From the NCBI GenBank assembly GCA_964385615.1, contig CAYLPP010000004.1, forward strand, positions 108,743-172,742: a stretch of DNA of 64,000 nucleotides, in the 5' to 3' direction. The notes beneath the pieces were generated by a model. The model was not told where the DNA came from, did no database searches, and was given only the letters and a program-made list of their open reading frames with translations. The stretch is from an uncultured bacterium (GTDB lineage Bacteria > Omnitrophota > Omnitrophia > Omnitrophales > Aquincolibacteriaceae). Positions 56,787 to 64,000 of the stretch are shown here, in pieces (the stretch's first letter is position 1; each line of letters opens with the position of its first letter). The position numbers and the translations under genes were made by a program.

Positions 56787-59417
56787 ATGACTGACACAGC
56801 TTCAACCCCCAAATTGACCCCCATGATGGAGCAGTATCGCTCCATTAAGAAGACCCTTCCTTCTGATACCATTTTGTTCTTCCGCCTGGGCGATTTCTAT
56901 GAAATGTTCTTTGAAGACGCTGTCCGGGCCTCTGAAATTCTGAATATCACCCTGACTGGGCGCGAAGGCGGGGAAGCGGGCCGGGTGCCTATGTGCGGGA
57001 TTCCTTATCATGCTTTTCAGGGCTATGTCCGCACTCTTGTGGACCACAATCTGAAAGTCGCGATTTGCGATCAGGTCGGCGACCCGAAAGCCTCCAAGGG
57101 GATTGTTGAGCGCAAAATCAGCCGGATTATTTCACCTGCCGCTTATCTCGAAGATGAACAGGCGCGCTCCGGCGCGGAGTATATGACGGCTCTCGCTGTT
57201 TCCGGCGCTCAGGCCGCGCTGGCGTATCTGGATTTGAGCACGGGGGAGTTTTATGTTCGAGACCTCACACCTGACCGGATTTTAAGTGAACTGACTCTTC
57301 TTTCCCCGCGCGAAGTGATTTTATCCCGCAAAAAATCCGAAGATCATCAGCTGATTGCTTTTATCAAAGAAAGCCTCAACGCCGCGGTTACGATTTACGA
57401 TGACTGGATTTTTGAATCCTCTGAAGGCATGACGTTTCTTAAAAACGGTTTCAAACTTGCTTCCGATAAATCGATTTCTTTTTCAGACAAACCGCTTTGC
57501 GTGGGCGCGGCGGGAGCCGTGCTTTATTATCTGAAAGATCACCTTCATTCCGCTTTGGGGCATTTGCGTCTGCCGGTGCTGATGGACGCGGGCGGTTTTA
57601 TGGTGCTTGACCGGGAAGCGCAGAAAAGTCTGGAGCTTGTGGTCAGCAGCAGCGGGCGCAAGGATGGCTGTACGCTTCTTTCCACGGTCGATCAGACGCA
57701 GACTTCCATGGGGGCCCGCGCTTTGTACCACTGGGTGACGCATCCTCTTTTAGATAAAGCGCAGATTCTCAAGCGCCAGGAAGGCACGGCGGAATTCTGC
57801 TCTCAGCCTCCTTTTCTTCAGCAGGCGCGCGGACTTTTGACCGGCGTTAAAGACATGGAACGCACGCTCAGTCGTCTGAACTGCGGAGTGGCTAACGCGC
57901 GCGATCTGGTCAACCTTAAGCAGTTTCTGGAAAGAGTTCCCGAACTGCGCGGACTGCTTTCAAAAGTTAAAAGCGCGGTTCTGAAAGAAATTGCGGGCGG
58001 GCTGACGGAATTTCCCAAGCTTCAGTCGCTGATCGGCGCGTCGATCGTGGATCAGCCTCCGCTGAGCTTGCGTGACGGGGGAATGATCCGGCCGGGTTTC
58101 AATAAAGAGCTGGATGAGCTTCAGCATATTTCTTCCAACGGCAAGTCCTGGATTCTTGAATTTGAGAAGCGGGAGATTGAACGCACGGGCATCAAGTCGC
58201 TCAAGGTCAAATATTCCGGCGTGTTCGGTTACGCGATTGAAGTCAGCAACGCCAATAAGTCAATGGTACCGCCCGATTACATTCGCCGGCAGACGCTTGC
58301 CAACGCGGAGCGTTATATCGTGCCCGAACTCAAAACCTGGGATGAAAAAATTTCCGGCGCGCAGGACAAGATTAAAGCGCTGGAATACGAGCTTTTCAAC
58401 GGTGTTCGTCAGAAAGTTCTGGAAGAACTTGTGCCTCTGCAGACGATGGCCAAGGCCGTGGGCAGTCTGGACGCGTTGGCTTCACTCGCGATCACGGCTC
58501 TTCAGAAAAAGTGGGTCCGCCCTGAAATTTCTGAAAAAGACGAATTGATTATTCACGGCGGGCGTCATCCGGTTGTGGAAGCGATGCTTCCGTCCGGCCA
58601 GTTTGTGGAGAACGATACGATTCTGGACGGAAAAGAAAATCAGCTGATCGTTTTAACCGGTCCGAACATGGCTGGGAAGTCGACTTACATCCGCCAGGTC
58701 GCGCTTATTACCTTGCTGGCGCAGACCGGTTCATGGGTGCCCGCGTCTTCCGCGAAAGTGGGCCTGGTCGACCGAATTTTCACCCGGATCGGCGCGGCGG
58801 ATGATCTGGCCCGCGGGGAAAGTACTTTTATGGTTGAGATGCTGGAGACCGCCCATATCCTTCAGGCTTCGACTTCCCGCAGTCTTTTGATTCTGGATGA
58901 AGTCGGGCGCGGAACTTCAACTTTTGACGGCGTCAGTATCGCTTGGGCCATCTGTGAATTTCTGGCGCAGGAAAAGAAACCTCGCACTTTGTTTGCCACG
59001 CATTATCACGAGCTAACCCAGTTGGAAGATCATTTCACGGGTGTTAAAAATTACAATATTCTGGTGCGCGAAACCGGCGACGGGATTGTTTTCCTGCGCA
59101 AGGTTCAGCGCGGGGGATCTGACCGCAGTTACGGGATTCACGTAGCCAAGCTTGCCGGGATTCCTGAAGCCGTGACTAAACGCGCGGCGGAAATTTTAAA
59201 TATTCTTGAAAGTGAAAATACTCAAGCCACTGAGATTATAGAAGGTAAAAGCAAAAAAGGCGGCAAGAAGACTCAAGCCGGTCCGACTCTTTTTGATGTT
59301 GCTCCTGCGCCTGTGAATCCTGTGGTGGAAGAAATTAAGAAAACCGACGTTAACAGCCTGACACCGCTGGAAGCTCTGGCCAAACTGGCCGAGTGGAAAA
59401 AGAAGCTGGAGAAATAA
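56787..59417 (+). CDS. mutS: DNA mismatch repair protein MutS
   Basis: N-terminal mismatch-binding TPMMEQY..GDFYEMF and the ABC ATPase module GPNMAGKST. Confidence 0.9.
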   Translation: MTDTASTPKLTPMMEQYRSIKKTLPSDTILFFRLGDFYEMFFEDAVRASEILNITLTGREGGEAGRVPMCGIPYHAFQGYVRTLVDHNLKVAICDQVGDPKASKGIVERKISRIISPAAYLEDEQARSGAEYMTALAVSGAQAALAYLDLSTGEFYVRDLTPDRILSELTLLSPREVILSRKKSEDHQLIAFIKESLNAAVTIYDDWIFESSEGMTFLKNGFKLASDKSISFSDKPLCVGAAGAVLYYLKDHLHSALGHLRLPVLMDAGGFMVLDREAQKSLELVVSSSGRKDGCTLLSTVDQTQTSMGARALYHWVTHPLLDKAQILKRQEGTAEFCSQPPFLQQARGLLTGVKDMERTLSRLNCGVANARDLVNLKQFLERVPELRGLLSKVKSAVLKEIAGGLTEFPKLQSLIGASIVDQPPLSLRDGGMIRPGFNKELDELQHISSNGKSWILEFEKREIERTGIKSLKVKYSGVFGYAIEVSNANKSMVPPDYIRRQTLANAERYIVPELKTWDEKISGAQDKIKALEYELFNGVRQKVLEELVPLQTMAKAVGSLDALASLAITALQKKWVRPEISEKDELIIHGGRHPVVEAMLPSGQFVENDTILDGKENQLIVLTGPNMAGKSTYIRQVALITLLAQTGSWVPASSAKVGLVDRIFTRIGAADDLARGESTFMVEMLETAHILQASTSRSLLILDEVGRGTSTFDGVSIAWAICEFLAQEKKPRTLFATHYHELTQLEDHFTGVKNYNILVRETGDGIVFLRKVQRGGSDRSYGIHVAKLAGIPEAVTKRAAEILNILESENTQATEIIEGKSKKGGKKTQAGPTLFDVAPAPVNPVVEEIKKTDVNSLTPLEALAKLAEWKKKLEK

Positions 59418-61214
59418 ATGGGTGTAATCAATATTCTTTCCGAACATGTAGCTAATAAGATCGCGGCTGGTGAAGTCATCGAACGTCCCGCTTCCATCGT
59501 CAAGGAACTGGTTGAAAACGCGCTGGATGCCGGAGCCAAAAATATCGAAATCGCTGTCCGTCACGGCGGGAAAAGCCTGATCCGTGTCGCGGATGACGGT
59601 TCCGGGATGAGTCCGGAAGACGCGGAGCTGGCATTTAAACGCTACGCGACCAGTAAAATTTCAAAAGCTTCCGACCTCGACTCTATTTCTTCTTTCGGCT
59701 TCCGCGGGGAAGCCCTTCCGAGTATCGCCGCGGTTTCGCGCGTGAAAATGGTGACCCGCACGCCCAAATCGCCGACCGCCGTGGAAGTTTTAATCGAGGG
59801 CGGAAAATTGATGAGTGTGAAAGAATCGGCCGGCGCCAAAGGCACGGTCATGGAAATCCGGGATTTGTTTTTCAACACACCGGCCCGCCGTAAATTTCTG
59901 AAAGCCGATTCCACGGAAGCGGGGCATGTGGAAGAAACCGTGGCGAACCTCGCGCTTTCCCGCCGGGATGTGCACTTTAAATTCACCTCGAGCGAGAAGG
60001 TGGTTTTTGATTTATTGGCTGGAGAAACGCTCGCGACCCGCGCGGCCGCGCTCTTGGGCAAAGACCTGGCCAAATCTTTTCTGGAAATTGAAGCTGAAGC
60101 TTCAGGAATTAGACTCAGGGGTCTGATCGGAAAACCTGGCGTGAACCGGGCCAACCGCTCCGGGCAGATTTTTTTCATCAATAACCGGTGGGTGCGCGCG
60201 GCTTCACTGGGTTTTGGCCTTCAAGCCGGGTACCACGGTCTTTTAATGCACGGTCAGTTTCCGGTCGCGGTGCTCTTTTTGGATGTCGATCTTTCGCGCG
60301 TGGACGTCAACGTGCACCCGACCAAGCTTGAAGTCCGGATTTCCGGAGAAAACGATATCAAGAATTTTATCAAAGAAACGGTTTCCGTCCGTTTGGGCAA
60401 TGAAGGGGATTTGGCGCCGGAACTGAAAATCCCGGCCAGCCGTGCGTTTGGAACCATGCCGACTCCGTTTAAACCTAAAACCACGGCATCGTCCTTTCCG
60501 GAATTTTTACAGCCCTCGAAAACTTTTTACGTAGATGAAGGCCGGAAAGCTCCCGCGGGGATCGCGGAACCTCCGGTTTCCTATCCCGCTGAAACCGAAG
60601 TTCTTCCGGAACCCGTGCTTCTGAGCGGTAAACTGAAGATCACCAAAATTATGGGACAGATTCACAACACATTTCTGGTGGTTGAGACGGAAGAAGGGTT
60701 TATGCTGATTGATCAGCACGCGGCGCACGAGCGGGTCATGTTCGAATCGCTTGTCAAAGGTTTGGAATCCGGAAAACCTGCCAGCCAACGGCTGTTAATG
60801 GAAGAGATTCTGGAAGTTCCGGCCAAGCACCGGGACATTTTGAAGAAAATGACACCGCTTCTTGAAAAAACCGGTTTTGAAATTGAGCCTTTTGGCCAAG
60901 GCTCTTTTGTGATTCGCGCGGTTCCGTCCACTTTCGGGGAAGAATCCGCCGCGGCGGTGCTGAAAACTTTTCTGGAACAGAAAGAAGACGGAAAAGTTCA
61001 CACGGACCTGGAACACCAGAAAGAGGAAATCGCGGCCTTGATTGCCTGTAAGAAAAAATCCGTCCGGGCGTTTGAACCGCTGACGCTTGTGCAGATTCAG
61101 AGCCTGCTTCAGCGTCTGGCGCAGTGTGCCAATCCGTTTAACTGCCCGCATGGGCGTCCGAGTCTGATCAAGTATTCCTTCCTCGACCTTGAACGCCAAT
61201 TTAAGCGCAAATAA
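59418..61214 (+). CDS. mutL: DNA mismatch repair protein MutL
   Basis: GHKL ATPase N-terminus (ANKIAAGEVIERPASIVKELVENALDAGA, DDGSGM) and a C-terminal dimerisation domain ending ..CPHGRP.. Confidence 0.9.
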   Translation: MGVINILSEHVANKIAAGEVIERPASIVKELVENALDAGAKNIEIAVRHGGKSLIRVADDGSGMSPEDAELAFKRYATSKISKASDLDSISSFGFRGEALPSIAAVSRVKMVTRTPKSPTAVEVLIEGGKLMSVKESAGAKGTVMEIRDLFFNTPARRKFLKADSTEAGHVEETVANLALSRRDVHFKFTSSEKVVFDLLAGETLATRAAALLGKDLAKSFLEIEAEASGIRLRGLIGKPGVNRANRSGQIFFINNRWVRAASLGFGLQAGYHGLLMHGQFPVAVLFLDVDLSRVDVNVHPTKLEVRISGENDIKNFIKETVSVRLGNEGDLAPELKIPASRAFGTMPTPFKPKTTASSFPEFLQPSKTFYVDEGRKAPAGIAEPPVSYPAETEVLPEPVLLSGKLKITKIMGQIHNTFLVVETEEGFMLIDQHAAHERVMFESLVKGLESGKPASQRLLMEEILEVPAKHRDILKKMTPLLEKTGFEIEPFGQGSFVIRAVPSTFGEESAAAVLKTFLEQKEDGKVHTDLEHQKEEIAALIACKKKSVRAFEPLTLVQIQSLLQRLAQCANPFNCPHGRPSLIKYSFLDLERQFKRK

Positions 61215-63069
61215 TCTTCCGGTACTTATCTACGACGGCGATTGCGGGTTCTGCCGGCGCTGGGTGGAGCGTTGGAAAATTCAAACTTCCGGCAAAGTTG
61301 AATTCCGGCCGTTTCAAGAGGCCGCGGCTGATTTTCCTCAAGTGCCTGCTGAAGAATTCCGCAAGGCGGTTTATCTTTTTGAAGCGGGGTCTATTTCGAG
61401 CGGAGCGGAAGCGGTTTTTAGAATTCAGGCTTACGGTTCGGCTCCCTGGTTTCTCCGGGCCTACCGCTTCCTGCCGGGATTCCGCGCGGTTTCCGATTTT
61501 TTTTATTCCCTGATTGCCTCAAACCGGGTTTTCTTCTCGCGGGTGACGCGGCTGCTGTGGGGCCGTGATCCCAGGCCGGATTCCTATTTTTGTTCCCGGA
61601 AACTTTTTTTTAAATCACTCGCGCTGATTTACATTTCCGCTTTCGCTTCCCTTTGGCCGCAGATTCCCGGTCTTTTCGGCGAGCGGGGAATTCTTCCGGT
61701 CGGTCATTATCTACAGGCGGTTTCCGCCTATTTCAGCGGTTCGGCGCAAAGATTTTACGCGGTGCCGAGTCTCGCGTGGCTGAACCCTTCGGCGGTTTTT
61801 CTGCAGGGGATTTGCGTTGCCGGAGTTTTCTTTGCCCTTCTGATTCTGGCCGGGCGGGCGGTGCGCCTGTCATCCTTCGCGCTTTGGCTTCTTTATCTTT
61901 CCCTGGTTGTAGTCGGACAGGATTTTCTTTCTTTCCAATGGGATATCCTTCTTCTCGAAACGGGACTTCTCGCTGTTTTTTTCGCTCCGCTTTCAAAAGG
62001 ATTCAGCGCAAAGGCGGACTGGGATTCGCAATCCATTCCGGTTTCACGCTTTCTGCTTCAGTTCCTGCTTTTTAAACTGATGATTTCTTCAGGAATCGTA
62101 AAGCTTGCCAGCGGAGACCCTGTCTGGAGGAATTTGACGGCTTTGAATTATCACTATGAAACCCAACCACTTCCAGGGCCTTTGAGCTGGTACGCGCATC
62201 AGTTACCCGCCTGGTTTGACCGCGTTTGCGCGGCTGTTATGTTTTTCATTGAGCTTGCGGCGCCTTTTTTTCTTTTTTTTCCGCGCAGGATCCGCCATTT
62301 CGGAGTCCTGCTTCTGGCGGGTCTGCAGATTCTGATTTTTCTGACCGGAAATTACTGCTTTTTTAATCTTTTGGCTCTCGCGCTCTGCCTGACCGTGGTG
62401 GATGACACGGTCTGGAGGCGCGGGGTGAAAACCGAATCTGTCAGAAAAACCCCGATAGGGATGCGGTTAGCCATCCTGCCGGTTGCCGTTGTTTTTCTCG
62501 CGGTTAGTTGTAAGCAGGTTTTGCGTTTGGCGGGTGTTCCCATGACCGGAACGATTTCAAGAGTCGAAAGTTCTCTCCGTCCGTTTGAAAGCCTTAATAG
62601 TTACGGGCTTTTCGCGGTGATGACAACCCGCCGTCCGGAGATTGTGGTTGAAGGCTCCTTGGATGGAAAAGAATGGAAGCCCTACGTTTTCCGGTTCAAG
62701 CCGGGGGATATTCAAAAGCGTCCGGGTGCCGTTGCGCCTTATCAGCCCCGTCTGGACTGGCAGATGTGGTTTGCGGCTTTGGGACGCGGAGAACGGAATC
62801 CCTGGTTTATTCAATTTTGCATGAGGCTTCTGCAAGGTGTTCCGGAGGTTTCCAGGCTTTTGGCCTCAGATCCATTCGCGGGGAAACCTCCCAAGTACCT
62901 TCGGGCGGCTGAGTATGACTACCGGTTTACAAGTCTGAAGGAGAAATGGCGGACAGGCGCCTGGTGGAAGAGGGAATACACGGGGAACTACCTTCCGGTG
63001 ATGGCTCTAAACCAGGGTACAGCCTCAAGGGAAATTGCCGATAATAATCAGGACTCATTTAAATCATGA
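61189..63069 (+). CDS. DCC-family thiol-disulfide oxidoreductase domain (DUF393-like) fused to a large polytopic membrane domain (lipase-maturation-factor / HTTM-like)
   Basis: N-terminal YDGDCGFCRRWV (CxxC of the DCC family), followed by about 450 aa with many TM helices and a C-terminal ..YQPRLDWQMWFAAL.. motif. Confidence 0.5.
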   Translation: MNANLSANNLPVLIYDGDCGFCRRWVERWKIQTSGKVEFRPFQEAAADFPQVPAEEFRKAVYLFEAGSISSGAEAVFRIQAYGSAPWFLRAYRFLPGFRAVSDFFYSLIASNRVFFSRVTRLLWGRDPRPDSYFCSRKLFFKSLALIYISAFASLWPQIPGLFGERGILPVGHYLQAVSAYFSGSAQRFYAVPSLAWLNPSAVFLQGICVAGVFFALLILAGRAVRLSSFALWLLYLSLVVVGQDFLSFQWDILLLETGLLAVFFAPLSKGFSAKADWDSQSIPVSRFLLQFLLFKLMISSGIVKLASGDPVWRNLTALNYHYETQPLPGPLSWYAHQLPAWFDRVCAAVMFFIELAAPFFLFFPRRIRHFGVLLLAGLQILIFLTGNYCFFNLLALALCLTVVDDTVWRRGVKTESVRKTPIGMRLAILPVAVVFLAVSCKQVLRLAGVPMTGTISRVESSLRPFESLNSYGLFAVMTTRRPEIVVEGSLDGKEWKPYVFRFKPGDIQKRPGAVAPYQPRLDWQMWFAALGRGERNPWFIQFCMRLLQGVPEVSRLLASDPFAGKPPKYLRAAEYDYRFTSLKEKWRTGAWWKREYTGNYLPVMALNQGTASREIADNNQDSFKS

Positions 63070-63593
63070 TTCTGACACCTACTGCCGAATTTAAAGTTTT
63101 TCTAATGACCCTTGCCGTGCTGTTTGCCGCGGTTTTGACCGTCGCGCGGATCAGCGACGAAAGGCGTCCGAAATTTCTTTTCGTTCTCTTTCTTATCTAC
63201 CTGGTTTTTCAAAGCTTTCAGTTCATGGAGTTTTTCCCGTTTACTTCTTTTCAGCGGTACGCTCAATCCCAAGACGCTTCCGTGCGCTATATCGTCATGA
63301 AAGCCAGACTTGGAAACGGAACCGAGTTCGCGAAAGCGCCTGAAAAGGTTCTGCCCGCGCTTGGGCATGGAAGACTCAAGCATTTTCTTAAAATGGTTTT
63401 TAGAAATCCCCGTCTGACAGATGAGCTCGCGACCTCATACGCCAGAGCTTACGAAAAGCGTTTCTCCGAGAGTTCAGAATGGCCGATTTGGGACCTTCGT
63501 TATGAAAAAATGAAATGGAATGTTGAAACGGATCCTTATGACGCTGATCATGGGTATTTGCTCAAGCGTCTGATCGGGGAGCCTCAAGGATAA
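63066..63593 (+). CDS. Hypothetical small membrane protein
   Basis: 175-aa ORF with N-terminal TM helices. It has a 4-nt overlap with the upstream gene. Confidence 0.45.
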   Translation: MILTPTAEFKVFLMTLAVLFAAVLTVARISDERRPKFLFVLFLIYLVFQSFQFMEFFPFTSFQRYAQSQDASVRYIVMKARLGNGTEFAKAPEKVLPALGHGRLKHFLKMVFRNPRLTDELATSYARAYEKRFSESSEWPIWDLRYEKMKWNVETDPYDADHGYLLKRLIGEPQG

Positions 63594-63595
63594 CT

Positions 63596-64000
63596 ATGCT
63601 TGAAAGAAAAATTATCGGAATGGCGCCGTCGGTCCGCCTTGGAATGATTCGTTTTGTGATTTGCGCGGCCGCTCTGGTTAGTGTCTGCATGGAACGGTTG
63701 GCTGCTTTTTCGGAAGTGTCCTCCGCGTGGATGCGTCCCGCCGGTTTTTTGAAATGGATTCCCGCGCATACACTTTCGGCTTTCACGGAGTCGGCGCTTT
63801 ATTTATTTCTCTTTCAGGCGGTTCTGATTATCGTTCTGGTCCTCGCGGCCGCGGGGCTTTTTACCCGTGTTTCGCTCATTATTTCCGCCCTGCTCTACTT
63901 GCTTTACGCCGGTCTGCTCCGCTCCTACGGAACTTATTTCAGTCAGGGAATCGTGACTTTCTACCTGCTGTTTTTTCTTTCTTTTCTACCGTGCGGTGAG
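63596..64000 (+). CDS. Polytopic membrane protein (possibly HTTM-like), 3'-partial at the window edge
   Basis: The frame is open from ATG 63596 to the window end. It encodes successive hydrophobic helices (..LYLFLFQAVLIIVLVLAAAGLF..). HTTM-type proteins are commonly found next to DCC-family genes. Confidence 0.4.
   Translation, partial: MLERKIIGMAPSVRLGMIRFVICAAALVSVCMERLAAFSEVSSAWMRPAGFLKWIPAHTLSAFTESALYLFLFQAVLIIVLVLAAAGLFTRVSLIISALLYLLYAGLLRSYGTYFSQGIVTFYLLFFLSFLPCGE

Overview
This 64 kb window reads as a gene-dense bacterial chromosome segment of roughly 50% GC. Every confident gene but one lies on the + strand. The Lol and Mla systems and the signal peptides point to a diderm (Gram-negative-type) organism.

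The first ~32 kb holds housekeeping operons. In order: the metH 3' end, metF, lysS, lolE and lolD (the Lol lipoprotein-release genes), ilvE, mcsA, mcsB and clpC, mlaE, mlaF and mlaD, a PIN/TRAM gene like Bacillus yacL, a fused ispDF, gltX, one AT-rich gene of unknown function, cysS, tmk, holB, metG, tatD, two membrane proteases, mtnA, thiL and tsaE. A four-gene operon follows: a secreted nuclease, a 560-aa unknown protein, a TPR protein and a GT2 glycosyltransferase.

The remarkable part is 32.5 to 55.2 kb. Two tandem giant ORFs of 5245 aa and 2236 aa sit there, each with an N-terminal signal peptide. They share a homologous N-terminal domain of about 450 aa. Each carries a string of different enzyme-like modules. 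The first has an APH/ePK-like kinase motif, two class I methyltransferase-like modules, a Walker A motif, a sugar-nucleotidyltransferase motif, an HExxH motif and a Nudix box. The second has WD40-like repeats and a ComF-type phosphoribosyltransferase module.

A short motif, [AS]RSE[LIV]R, recurs between modules: 12 times in the first giant ORF and 5 times in the second. A secreted protein with YD-repeat-like motifs follows, then mutS, mutL, a DCC-type thiol-disulfide oxidoreductase fusion and two more membrane proteins.

No rRNA, tRNA or CRISPR array was seen. All functional calls come from reading motifs in the translations, and no database search was possible. Motif coordinates inside the long ORFs may be off by one or two bases.
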